Source: an uncultured Solirubrobacterales bacterium
GTDB lineage: Bacteria; Actinomycetota; Thermoleophilia; Solirubrobacterales; Solirubrobacteraceae
Direction: 5' to 3'
Length of the DNA stretch: 64,000 nt
Assembly: GCA_963733245.1 (NCBI GenBank)
Contig: CAVTCI010000018.1
Location: 19,512 to 83,511, forward strand
Below the pieces are notes generated by a model. It worked only from the letters and a program-made list of their open reading frames with translations. It ran no database searches and was not told the origin of the DNA. This document shows, piece after piece, positions 8,381-16,869 of the stretch; within the stretch, counting starts at the first letter, position 1, and the number at the start of each line of letters is the position of its first letter. Position numbers and translations under genes: made by a program.

Positions 8381-9912
8381 GCACGACCGAGAACATCCAG
8401 CCGGTGGTGTCCCTCCGGGACGCCTCCAAGGCCTACGGGCCGAACAAGGCGCTGACCGAGGTCACGCTCGAGCTCCGCCCCGGCGAGGTCATGTGCCTGG
8501 CCGGGGAGAACGGGGCCGGCAAGAGCACGCTGATCAAGATCCTCACCGGGGCGATCCGCCGCGACACGGGGGACTACCTGATCGACGGCCGGGAGGTCGG
8601 CTCGCCGACCCCGTCGCAGGCCCGCGAGGCCGGCATCGGGGTCGTCTACCAGGAGCTCAGCCTGCTCCCCGACCTCTCGGTCGCCGAGAACCTCCTGATG
8701 AGCCGGCTCCCGGCCCGGCGGGGGGTGACGCGGCCGCGGGAGGCGCGGCGCCAGGCGCGGGCGATGCTCGAGCGGGTCGGCCTCGACACCCTCGACCCCG
8801 ACGCCCTGATCGCCGACCTGCCGCTGGCCGTGCAGCAGCTCGTCGAGATCGCCAAGGTGCTCGGCACGTCGCCGCGGGTTCTGATCTTCGACGAGCCGAC
8901 GACGGCGCTGTCCGAGACGGAGACCAAGGCGCTGCTCGGAAAGATCAAGCAGCTCCGCGACGAGGGCCACGCGATCATGTACGTGACCCACCACCTCGAG
9001 GAGATGTTCGAGATCGGCGACCGGGTCACCGTCCTGCGGGACGGCGGCCTGGTGCTGACCGCGCCGATGGCCGAGTTCGACCGCGACAGCCTGATCGCGT
9101 CGATGGTCGGGCGGAAGATCGAGTCGCTCTATCCGGCGTCCAACCGGACGATCGGCGAGCCGCGGCTCCGGGTGACCGGCCTGCTCCCGCGGGGGTGCAC
9201 GACGCCGATCAGCTTCGAGGTCCGGGCCGGTGAGATCGTCGGCGTGGCCGGCCTGCTCGGGTCGGGGCGGAGCGAGCTCGTCCGGGCGATCTTCGGGGCC
9301 GACGGCCGCCAGACCGGCGAGATCTCCGTCGACGGCCAGCGCGTCCGCGGCGGGGACCCCCGGCGGGCGGTGCAGGCCGGGCTCGGCCTCCTGACCGAGG
9401 ACCGCAAGCGCCTCGGTCTCCTGCTGGAGCTGACCATCCGCGAGAACGCGTCGATCGCCGACCTCGGCGACCTGTCGAGCTTCTTCATGGTCGACCGCAA
9501 GGAGGAGCGCGGGATCGTCAACAAGTACCTCGGCGGGTTGCGCCTCCGCGCGGCGTCCTGGGAGCAGCCGGTGTCCTCGCTGTCGGGGGGCAACCAGCAG
9601 AAGGTCCTCCTGGCCCGGTGGCTGGCCACGAAGGCGAAGGTCCTGATGTTCGACGAGCCGACCAAGGGCGTCGACGTCGGGGCGAAGGCGGAGATCTACA
9701 AGGTCATCGGCGACCTGGCGGCCGACGGGCTCGGCGTCATCGTCGTGTCGTCCTACCTGCCCGAGGTGCTGGGGCTGGCGGACCGGGTGCTGATCATGAG
9801 CGGCGGCACGGTCGCGGGCGAGCTGCCCGCGTCCGGGGCCACCGAAGAGGACGTCCTGCGGCTGGCCAGCGTCGGCGCCGGGGCGACGGCGACAGAGGAG
9901 ATGGGAGCATGA
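8377..9912 (+). CDS. sugar ABC transporter ATP-binding protein (duplicated ATPase, RbsA-like)
   Basis: Start at ATG 8377 (MSTTENIQPVVSLRDASKAYG), overlapping the upstream stop (ATGA). Two NBDs: GENGAGKST and LSGGNQQKV. Confidence 0.9.
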   Translation: MSTTENIQPVVSLRDASKAYGPNKALTEVTLELRPGEVMCLAGENGAGKSTLIKILTGAIRRDTGDYLIDGREVGSPTPSQAREAGIGVVYQELSLLPDLSVAENLLMSRLPARRGVTRPREARRQARAMLERVGLDTLDPDALIADLPLAVQQLVEIAKVLGTSPRVLIFDEPTTALSETETKALLGKIKQLRDEGHAIMYVTHHLEEMFEIGDRVTVLRDGGLVLTAPMAEFDRDSLIASMVGRKIESLYPASNRTIGEPRLRVTGLLPRGCTTPISFEVRAGEIVGVAGLLGSGRSELVRAIFGADGRQTGEISVDGQRVRGGDPRRAVQAGLGLLTEDRKRLGLLLELTIRENASIADLGDLSSFFMVDRKEERGIVNKYLGGLRLRAASWEQPVSSLSGGNQQKVLLARWLATKAKVLMFDEPTKGVDVGAKAEIYKVIGDLAADGLGVIVVSSYLPEVLGLADRVLIMSGGTVAGELPASGATEEDVLRLASVGAGATATEEMGA

Positions 9913-10934
9913 GACTGCCACGCAAGGAGTCACCTGGGCTCGAGCCGCTACCGGCGGGGGCGGGCGCCCCGGCCGAGGAGGAGCGGGTCCTGACGTTCGG
10001 GAGCGTGTTCGGCCGCGACGCCGGCGGGCTGATCGTCCTGTTGATCCTGTTCGGGGCGCTGACCCTCAAGTCACCCGAGTTCCTCACCTCGGCGAACATG
10101 GACAACCTGGCCCGCCAGGTCGCCGTGTTCGGGATCATCGCGGTCGGCCAGCTGCTCGTCATCCTGACGGCCGGGATCGACCTGTCGGTTGGATCGGTGC
10201 TCGGCCTGACCGGCTGCATCACGGCCGAGCTGCTCGTCCACGGCACGGGCATCGTGCCCGCCATCCTCGGCGGCCTGGCCGCCGGCGCGGCGATCGGCGT
10301 GTTCAACGGGGCGCTCGTGGCCTACGGCAAGCTGCCGCCGTTCATCGTCACCCTGGGGATGTTGGGCATCGCCCGGGGGGCGGTGCTGGTGTTGACCAGC
10401 GCCAACACCGTCCAGCCGCTGCCGGACGCGTTCGGGCAGATCGCCAACGGGTCGTTCCTCGGGCTGCCGAACCTGCTCTGGATGTTCGTCGCGGTGGTCG
10501 CGGTCACGGCGTTCGTCCTGCGCCGGACGGTGTTCGGCCGCTACATCTACGCGGTCGGGTCGAACCCGGAGTCGGCGCGGCTCGCCGGCGTCCCGGTGAC
10601 CCGGGTGCTGGTCGCCGTCTACGCGATCGCCGGCCTGCTCGCCGCGGTCGGCGGCGTGCTCTTCACCTCGCGCCTGAACGCCGGCATCCCGACGGCGGGC
10701 ACCGGCTACGAGCTGAACGCCATCGCCGCCTGCGTGATCGGCGGGGCCAGCCTCTTCGGAGCCAAGGGCGGGGCCTACGGGGCGGCGGCCGGAGCGCTGA
10801 TCGTCGGCGTCCTCAACAACGGCGGCAACCTGCTGGCGATCAACTCGTTCTACCTCCAGATCATCATCGGGGCGCTGATCCTCATCGCCGTGGCCTTCGA
10901 CCAGTGGCAGAGCCGCCGCTCGGCCTCGAGCTGA
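9909..10934 (+). CDS. sugar ABC transporter permease (RbsC-like)
   Basis: Start at ATG 9909 (MRLPRKESPG...), overlapping the upstream stop (ATGA). Polytopic membrane protein carrying the GIDLSVGS motif. Confidence 0.9.
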   Translation: MRLPRKESPGLEPLPAGAGAPAEEERVLTFGSVFGRDAGGLIVLLILFGALTLKSPEFLTSANMDNLARQVAVFGIIAVGQLLVILTAGIDLSVGSVLGLTGCITAELLVHGTGIVPAILGGLAAGAAIGVFNGALVAYGKLPPFIVTLGMLGIARGAVLVLTSANTVQPLPDAFGQIANGSFLGLPNLLWMFVAVVAVTAFVLRRTVFGRYIYAVGSNPESARLAGVPVTRVLVAVYAIAGLLAAVGGVLFTSRLNAGIPTAGTGYELNAIAACVIGGASLFGAKGGAYGAAAGALIVGVLNNGGNLLAINSFYLQIIIGALILIAVAFDQWQSRRSASS

Positions 10935-11193
10935 GCGTCGGGGGAGGCCAGAGCTCCTTGAGCGGGATCTCGTAGTAGACGTGGAGGCGGCCGCCGCCCT
11001 CCCGGTGGGAGAGGAGGCGGCCGCGGTGGGCGGTGACCCAGCCGTCGGCCGCCGGCCGCGCGTCCTCGGCCACCAGGTCGCGGCGGACCGCCTTGCAGTT
11101 GGCGTTGGCCAGCTCGTCGCCGCGGATGAGCCAGTCGTCGCCGGTTATCCCGTCGAGGTCGGCGAGCAGGCGGCGGATCTCTTCGCTCCCCAT
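10882..11193 (-). CDS. hypothetical protein (third gene of the AIM24 operon)
   Basis: 103-aa ORF (MGSEEIRRLLADLDGITGDDWLIRGDELANANCKAV...). Its ATG directly abuts the upstream TAG stop. No recognisable domain. The 3' end overlaps the convergent permease by 53 nt. Confidence 0.45.
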   Translation of the reverse strand: MGSEEIRRLLADLDGITGDDWLIRGDELANANCKAVRRDLVAEDARPAADGWVTAHRGRLLSHREGGGRLHVYYEIPLKELWPPPTLSSRPSGGSATGRRPRR

Positions 11194-11826
11194 CTACGCC
11201 CCGGCCCGGCGGGCCGCCGACAGGGCGGCCGGGGGGTCGAGCTCGGGCGCGGCGCGGGCGAGCAGCACCGCTCGGTCGGCGAGGTCGACCGCCTCGGCGG
11301 CGCCGATGTCCTCGTCGCCGAGGGCGAGCGCGAGGATCACCTGGCGCAGGAGCTCCGGGTTCTGGGCGTCGGGTGGGGGTCCGGCCGGCGGCAGTCCGCG
11401 CAGGCCCGCCAGCAGCGCCGAGGCCCCGCTACCCCGGGAGAGGCGGCCGGGGTGGCGGGCCGGGATTCGGGCGGCGATGCGCCCGGTGGCCGGGTCGACG
11501 AGGTTCATGTTCGTCCGCAGGCCGTCGCGCTCGAGGGCCACCCGGTAGCCCGAGAGGCGCAGGTAGCCGAGCTGGGCGGCGAGCTGCGTCCAGGCGGCGA
11601 ACTCGCCCTCCCCCCGGAGGCGGTGGTGGAGCGAGATCTGCGTCCCCGGGTCGGGGAGGGCCGGGTCGGGGTCGGCGGCCACGAGCAGGAAGGCCTGCTC
11701 GCCGAGGCGGCCGGCGCCGACGCCGGCGATCTCGGCGAGGAGCTGGTAGCCGCCGAGGCCGAGCGCGCCGACGATGCCCGGCGGCAGGGGGTGGGCCGCG
11801 AGGTGGCCGGGCGGGGGCGCCGGCAT
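11194..11826 (-). CDS. hypothetical protein (second gene of the AIM24 operon)
   Basis: Start trimmed to ATG 11826 (MPAPPPGHLAAHPLPPGIVGALGLGGYQLL...), overlapping the AIM24 stop (TGATG). No recognisable domain. Confidence 0.5.
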   Translation of the reverse strand: MPAPPPGHLAAHPLPPGIVGALGLGGYQLLAEIAGVGAGRLGEQAFLLVAADPDPALPDPGTQISLHHRLRGEGEFAAWTQLAAQLGYLRLSGYRVALERDGLRTNMNLVDPATGRIAARIPARHPGRLSRGSGASALLAGLRGLPPAGPPPDAQNPELLRQVILALALGDEDIGAAEAVDLADRAVLLARAAPELDPPAALSAARRAGA

Positions 11827-12590
11827 CAGCCCTCGAGCAGGCCGCCGACGAACCCGCCGATCCCGCCGCGCCCGCCGCCGGCGTTGCTCTCGCCCGCCGG
11901 CGGGTGGTAGTAGGCGCTCTGGAGCCCGACCCGGCCGGGCCCGGTGAAGCGGTTGAAGATGAGGTTGCCGGCGCCGCCGCCGAGCAGGCCGGTCTTGAAG
12001 CCGTAGGCCTGCTGGGTCATCTGGACGGTGTGGTCGCGGTAGACCCACCCGCCCGGCTCGATGTCGATCGTCTCGCCGGCGTCGAGATGCTTCTCGAAGA
12101 CGTTGCCGTAACCGTGGACCCAGACGACGCCCTCGTGGTCCCCGGCGAGGAACTCGTCGACGAAGAACCCGCCCCCGTAGAGCACGTTGGCGAAGCCCTT
12201 GATCCGGCTGAAGTCGTACTGGATGTTGCCGGTGGCGGCGAGGAACTGGTGCTCGCGGACGACCATGCCGTGGCCGGGCTCGAGATGGAGGGCGACGATG
12301 TGGCCGGGGGCGTCGCGGCTGAAGGCGATCTCCCCGTCCGACTGGGCCTCGCAGAGGAGGAGCGGGAGGCCGCCGAAGACCCGGCGCTTGAGGCCCTTCT
12401 TCAGCGGGTGGAGGCCGATCTGCATGGTCGGGTACTTCCAGAGCAGGACGTGGTGCTCGAAGTAGACGGGCACGCGGCCGTCGAGCGCCATGTGGAGGAC
12501 GGGCACGAGCTCGCCCTCGAGCCGGTAGCGGAGGCCCGGCGCCTCGCCCTCGCTGACCTGGGTCGGGAGTAGTCGGGGGGCGCTCGGCAT
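11826..12590 (-). CDS. AIM24/TIGR00266-family protein (DUF124)
   Basis: 254-aa ORF. LRYRLEGELVPVLHMALDG...FEHHVLLWKYP...GEIAFSRDAPGHIVALHLEPG...FLAATGNIQYDF...VWVHGYGNVFEKHLDAGETIDIEPGGWVY and a Gly-rich tail match my memory of this family. Confidence 0.8.
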   Translation of the reverse strand: MPSAPRLLPTQVSEGEAPGLRYRLEGELVPVLHMALDGRVPVYFEHHVLLWKYPTMQIGLHPLKKGLKRRVFGGLPLLLCEAQSDGEIAFSRDAPGHIVALHLEPGHGMVVREHQFLAATGNIQYDFSRIKGFANVLYGGGFFVDEFLAGDHEGVVWVHGYGNVFEKHLDAGETIDIEPGGWVYRDHTVQMTQQAYGFKTGLLGGGAGNLIFNRFTGPGRVGLQSAYYHPPAGESNAGGGRGGIGGFVGGLLEG

Positions 12591-12833
12591 GACGTGGCGA
12601 TCCTTTCCCGTGATTCGTCGGTGAGCACACGGTAGCGCCCGCCGGGGCCCTCGGAGTCCAGGGCGCGGCCTCGAGCTCTCCGGGGTCGCGGCCGGCCGTC
12701 CGGAGCCCCTGCTCGACCGCCTCGATCATGGATGCGGCGAACTCGCCGACCCGGAGGTGACGGGATCCGGCGGGCTCGGATCACGCCGCCCTTGCCGCTG
12801 GCCTCCCAGCCGTCGAAGAGGACGCAGAGGCCG

Positions 12834-13130
12834 TCAGGCCGGCGGCCGGCGGTCGTCGGGCCAGCGACCGTGGGCGTCGTAGTACTCGCGGGCGCTCGCC
12901 TCGACGACGCGTTCGCGATCCCCCGACGCGCCGAGGCGGAGCAGGAGGTTGACCAGGACGACGCACGCGCAGACGCCGGCCAATCCGACGAGGACGTCGA
13001 TGCCGTTCTCGCCTGGCCGGAGGATCGCGAAGATGACGCCGGCCAGGAGGATGGCGGCCGGGAGCCCGTAGCGGGTCAGGGTCACGGCGAGCGCGGGTCG
13101 CCGTTGCTGCTCGGGTTGGTCTGACGCCAT
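12834..13130 (-). CDS. small hypothetical membrane protein
   Basis: 98-aa ORF with two TM helices and strong G/C third-position bias. Confidence 0.5.
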   Translation of the reverse strand: MASDQPEQQRRPALAVTLTRYGLPAAILLAGVIFAILRPGENGIDVLVGLAGVCACVVLVNLLLRLGASGDRERVVEASAREYYDAHGRWPDDRRPPA

Positions 13131-13177
13131 GGGGAGTCACCCCGATCGTAGCGCCGCCGCGGGTGTAGGTTGCGGCG

Positions 13178-13822
13178 GTGGGCCACACCTACCGCCAGCG
13201 CCTGCGTGCCGAGGGCCTGACCCTGGCCGCCTGCGGGGGGCTCGGCTCGATCGTCCTCCTCGTCGCGACCGACCAGGCCGCGCGGATGCCGCTGAGCACG
13301 GCCGGTCAGCTCGCCTTCGTCGCGGTGCTCCTCGGCTGGCTCGGGCCCCGAGGCCTGCGGCGGGCGATCGCCGGCAGCCGGCCCGTGGGGGGGACCGAGG
13401 CGGCCACGGGTGAGCCGACGCCGCTCTGGCAGGCCCCGGTGGCCGTCGCCGTCCTCGCGGGCATCGCCGGGGGGGTCGGGGGCTGGGACGCCGGGCTGCG
13501 GGTCACCCTCGGCTGCGTGATCGTCGGCCTCGGTCAGGGCGTCCTGCTCGAGCGGCTGGTCGCCGCCGAGGAGCGGACGAGCCGGCGGGTCTTCCTGCGG
13601 ATGCCCGGGTCGAGCTGGTTTCGCGGAACGCGCCTCGGCTACCGGTCGGTCACGGCGCGGGCGAGCAGCCCGAGGCTGACCAGGCAACCGGCGCCGACCA
13701 AGGCGTCGCCGAGCCGGCGGCGGCCGGTGGCCGCGACGACGAGGCCGCCGGCCCGGATCGCCGTGCTCGCCCGCGCGGCCCGGATCAACTTCGGGTCGGG
13801 GGCCTCGCCGCGGGCGAAGTAG
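13178..13822 (+). CDS. hypothetical membrane protein
   Basis: GTG-initiated ORF with four hydrophobic segments. The last ~60 codons overlap the convergent phosphatidyltransferase gene, so the 3' part or the whole call is uncertain. Confidence 0.35.
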   Translation: MGHTYRQRLRAEGLTLAACGGLGSIVLLVATDQAARMPLSTAGQLAFVAVLLGWLGPRGLRRAIAGSRPVGGTEAATGEPTPLWQAPVAVAVLAGIAGGVGGWDAGLRVTLGCVIVGLGQGVLLERLVAAEERTSRRVFLRMPGSSWFRGTRLGYRSVTARASSPRLTRQPAPTKASPSRRRPVAATTRPPARIAVLARAARINFGSGASPRAK

Positions 13823-14460
13823 CCGAACCAGGCGTAGCCGGCGCCGGCTCCGAGGCGCAGGAGCTCCGCCCGGGCGGGTAGGCGGCCGATCCTCCCGGCG
13901 CGTCGCAGCCCGACGATCGCCGCCACCGCGAAGCAGGCGTCGACCAGTCCCTCGAGGTCCCGGCCGGCGCGGGTCGGCTCGGCCCGCCGGGCGGCCCGGC
14001 CGTCGAGCGCGTCGGTCGCCGCGCCGAGGGCACAGACGACCGGGCCGGGCGCCGCCAGGACGACCGGCACCAGCCACGCCCGGGCGAGGGTCAGGGCGTC
14101 CGCGGGTCCGAGCGGCCGCGGCCGGCCGTCCTCGGTCTCGAGCATTCCGAGGTGCCAGTCGAGCATCAGCGCCGTCGCCCCCCACCAGGCGAGCCCGAGC
14201 GGGGCGGCGCGGCGAAGGCGGCGGCTTCCCGTCGCCGCGAGCGCGAGCCAGAGCAGGGCCCCGGCGGTGAGCCAGGCTCGCGCCTGGCGGGCGAGCTCGG
14301 GTCGGGCGGCCCGGATCTCGGCGCTCCGCCGCGAGGACGCCCGGACGAAGGCCCAGGCCGCCGGCGGGGCGAAGCGGGAGGCGAGCAGGCGGTGCAGCTC
14401 CTCGCGAGCCCAGAGCTCGCCCGGCGTCAATGGTCGGCGGGTCCGACCGTGTCCCGGCAC
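13639..14460 (-). CDS. CDP-alcohol phosphatidyltransferase family protein
   Basis: ATDALDGRAARRAEPTRAGRDLEGLVDACFA approximates the D-G-x2-A-R-x7,8-G-x3-D-x3-D motif; polytopic. There is no ATG in frame, so the start is placed at GTG 14460 (TTG 14430 is an alternative). The longer ORF-track N-terminus is antisense to the cytochrome c gene. Confidence 0.6.
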   Translation of the reverse strand: MPGHGRTRRPLTPGELWAREELHRLLASRFAPPAAWAFVRASSRRSAEIRAARPELARQARAWLTAGALLWLALAATGSRRLRRAAPLGLAWWGATALMLDWHLGMLETEDGRPRPLGPADALTLARAWLVPVVLAAPGPVVCALGAATDALDGRAARRAEPTRAGRDLEGLVDACFAVAAIVGLRRAGRIGRLPARAELLRLGAGAGYAWFGYFARGEAPDPKLIRAARASTAIRAGGLVVAATGRRRLGDALVGAGCLVSLGLLARAVTDR

Positions 14461-14484
14461 GGTCGGAAGTCTGGCGCATCGGAT

Positions 14485-14982
14485 ATGTTGCCGCGCGTGA
14501 TCTATGCCGCGTCGGCGTTCTGGGTCGGGCTCGGCTTGACCGTCTTCCTGGTCGCCCTTCGCGGCGGTCCGGCGGGCGTGCGAGCGGCGCTCCACACGGA
14601 GGGCCAGGTCGGACGGCGGGTGCGGGTGGGCGTGATCGTCCTGGTCTTCGGGATCGGCCTCCTCGTCCCCGTGCTCGTCAGCGTCTCCAACGGCGCCCAC
14701 AAGGCGCGGACCGGCCCGGCCGGACTGACGCTGACCGCCGGGGAGACCGCCGGGAGGACGCTGTTCGCCACCCGCTGCGCGACCTGTCACACCCTCGGCG
14801 CCGCCCGGGCGGTCGGGCGGGTGGGCCCGAACCTCGATGTCCTGCGCCCGCCGGCGGCGCTCGTGCTCGACGCCATCACCAACGGCCGGGCGCGGGGGAT
14901 GGGCCAGATGCCGGCCCTCCTCTTCCAGGGCGACGACGCCAAGAACGTCGCCGATTTCGTCGCCGCCGTCGCCGGTCGCTGA
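14485..14982 (+). CDS. membrane-anchored class I c-type cytochrome
   Basis: Start at ATG 14485 (MLPRVIYAASAFWVGLGL...). Two N-terminal TM helices, the heme motif CATCH and a distal GMGQMP methionine. Confidence 0.8.
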   Translation: MLPRVIYAASAFWVGLGLTVFLVALRGGPAGVRAALHTEGQVGRRVRVGVIVLVFGIGLLVPVLVSVSNGAHKARTGPAGLTLTAGETAGRTLFATRCATCHTLGAARAVGRVGPNLDVLRPPAALVLDAITNGRARGMGQMPALLFQGDDAKNVADFVAAVAGR

Positions 14983-15091
14983 GGGCCGCGCCGGGCGGAC
15001 CGGCTCGCCGCGTCGAGGTTCCCCCGCAAATTCCTGCTCCAACCGCGGTCTGCAACGCGAATTGCAGGTGTTTCGCCGGTTCAGCGGTTAG

Positions 15092-15239
15092 GATGCGGGC
15101 ATACCGCTGAATCCCCGCCATCGGGCGGGGAGCGGGGGACCCAGGTGCTGGGGCGAATCGCCTTTTCGTGCGTAGCGCAGCCTTTCGGCGCGAGCCCATT
15201 GCCCCAATCGGGGCACAGGCCGCTAACCCCGTAAGCATC
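15092..15239 (+). promoter_or_regulatory. c-di-AMP riboswitch (ydaO/kimA class)
   Basis: cgcugaaucc...gagcgggggaccca...ggggcgaaucg...cccauugccccaaucggggcacaggccgcuaaccccguaagc matches the pseudo-twofold ydaO consensus blocks as I remember them from B. subtilis ydaO (CGCUUAAUC, GCGGGGGACCCA, GGGGUGAAUCC, GCUAACCUCGUAAGC). The P1 helix is gaugc (15092-96) paired with gcauc (15235-39). AAGGAGA and an ATG follow immediately. Confidence 0.8.
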
Positions 15240-15256
15240 GAGAAGGAGACCGTTCG

Positions 15257-15667
15257 ATGGCGCAGGCCGATGGCGGGGCATGGTGGGCTGAGGTCGAGCA
15301 CCTCCGCGAGCCGTTGGAGCGCCGGCGGGCCGCGCGCCAGCCCGAGGTCTCCCGCCGGACGGTGCGCATCCGCGGCCAGGCGATCGCCGGGACCTCGGCC
15401 CGCCAGCTCCACTCGGCCGCCGACAGTCCCCCGCCCCGGCGACTCGAGCCGCTCCCGCGCGAGCGCCCACGGCGCAGCGCGCCCGAGCGCCTCGGCTCGC
15501 GTCCGGACCGGATCGCCGCCTGGGCGGTGGTCTTCGGGCTGATGATGGCGGTCATGGCCGCGGCCACGGCCAAGGGCGCCACCCCCGCCCGCCTCGGCGC
15601 CACGCCGGGCCCGGTGCACGCGCTGATCGCTCCGGCGCCTCCGCCGGCCCGCGCCGTCACCCGCTGA
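15257..15667 (+). CDS. hypothetical small protein with C-terminal TM helix
   Basis: 136-aa ORF preceded by AAGGAGA with 7-nt spacing. Strong G/C third-position bias. Contains the TM helix IAAWAVVFGLMMAVMAAATA. Confidence 0.55.
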   Translation: MAQADGGAWWAEVEHLREPLERRRAARQPEVSRRTVRIRGQAIAGTSARQLHSAADSPPPRRLEPLPRERPRRSAPERLGSRPDRIAAWAVVFGLMMAVMAAATAKGATPARLGATPGPVHALIAPAPPPARAVTR

Positions 15668-15858
15668 CCGTCGCCCCAGGAGGTTGATCCGCCGCGCGTG
15701 CGGGTAGAAGACGGGGTGAGCCGGCCTATAGGGACTCGACAGATGGCCGACCCCCCGGGGTTGCCAGCGGCGTGTGATCCAGGTACCCTTATGAATCGTA
15801 AGGGGATGGCAAAAGGTAAAGCGCCAACCGAACAAAGCGGGCTGTGATGAAAACGACG

Positions 15859-16410
15859 ATGAGTAGGTTCCAGATCCACGACGACCTGACGGCCCCCGAG
15901 GGGTCGGTGCCGGTACTGCGCGGCGCCCTGGCCACCGGCGGCCAGCTGCCGAACTTCCTCGGCGTGCTCGCCGGCTCGCCGGCCGCCCTGCGCGGGTACG
16001 CCCGCTTTCGCTCCGAGCTGCGCCGCGGCAAGCTGACCCTGCCCACGCTCGAGCGCATCTCGCTCGCCGTGGCCGAGCACTACGGCTCCGAGCCGGGCCT
16101 GGCTCTCCACAGCCGCACGGCGCGGTCGTCCGGGCTCGGCCTCGACGAGGTGGCCGCCGCGCGGGAGTTCGCCTCGGGCGAGCCGAAGCAGGCGGCGCTG
16201 CTCCGCTACCTGAAGGCGATCGTCGCCGGCGGGGGCGGACCGCCGATGTACCTCCACGAGGAGGCCCGCGAGGCCGGTTGGACCGACGAGCAGCTGATCG
16301 AGGCGATCGCCTACGTGTCGATCGAGAGCTTCACCGCGATGATCAACGTGGCCGGCGAGGTGCCGATCGACGGCTCGGCCGAGGAGTCAAGGACGCTCCG
16401 AGCCGCGTAG
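15859..16410 (+). CDS. carboxymuconolactone decarboxylase / AhpD-like family protein
   Basis: MSRFQIHDDLTAPEGSVPVL...LPNFLGVLAGSPAALRGY...LERISLAVAEHYG is typical of CMD/AhpD-fold proteins. The start could also be 15844 or 15847. Confidence 0.75.
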   Translation: MSRFQIHDDLTAPEGSVPVLRGALATGGQLPNFLGVLAGSPAALRGYARFRSELRRGKLTLPTLERISLAVAEHYGSEPGLALHSRTARSSGLGLDEVAAAREFASGEPKQAALLRYLKAIVAGGGGPPMYLHEEAREAGWTDEQLIEAIAYVSIESFTAMINVAGEVPIDGSAEESRTLRAA

Positions 16411-16421
16411 CATCCGACCCG

Positions 16422-16766
16422 ATGGCGTCCGACTCCGTAGGGCAGCGGCACGAGTCACCTGGCTGCTGCCCGCGCTACCACGAGGCGGTCGAGTTGATCG
16501 GTCGACGCTGGACCGGCGCGATTCTGGCCATCCTCCTCCAGGCCGGGGCGCTCCGCTTCTCCGAGCTCGCGGCCGCGGTGCCCGAGCTGTCCGACCGGAT
16601 GCTCTCCGACCGGCTCAAGGAGCTCGAGGCCCGGGGCCTCGTCGAGCGGACCGTCTACTCCGGGCGGCCGGTGCGCGTCGAGTACAGCCTGACCCGGATG
16701 GGCTTCGCCCTCGGGCCGGCGGTCGGCGAGCTCCAGGCCTGGGCCCAGCGCTGGCTGGCCGTGTGA
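16422..16766 (+). CDS. HxlR-family transcriptional regulator
   Basis: Start trimmed to ATG 16422. CCPRYHEAVELIGRRWTGAILAILLQAGALRFSELAAAVPELSDRMLSDRLKELEARGLVER is a classic HxlR winged-helix segment. Confidence 0.85.
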   Translation: MASDSVGQRHESPGCCPRYHEAVELIGRRWTGAILAILLQAGALRFSELAAAVPELSDRMLSDRLKELEARGLVERTVYSGRPVRVEYSLTRMGFALGPAVGELQAWAQRWLAV

Positions 16767-16869
16767 GGGTCGCCGGCGCGCCGCGCTTGAAGGACCGGTG
16801 GTCCGGGTGGACCCACCTGGCCGTACGAACATCGCAGCGTCGCGAGCACGCATGTTCTAGGGTGGCGCG

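Noticed and set aside
12770-12833. Minus-strand frame reading PDGLCVLFDGWEASGKGGVIR, resembling the Walker-A region of polyphosphate kinase 2 (FEGxDAAGKGG).
   Set aside because: Only ~20 residues match and no flanking PPK2 similarity could be seen. It also overlaps the end of another ORF. That is too short to call, even as a pseudogene. A blastx of 12591-12900 would settle it.
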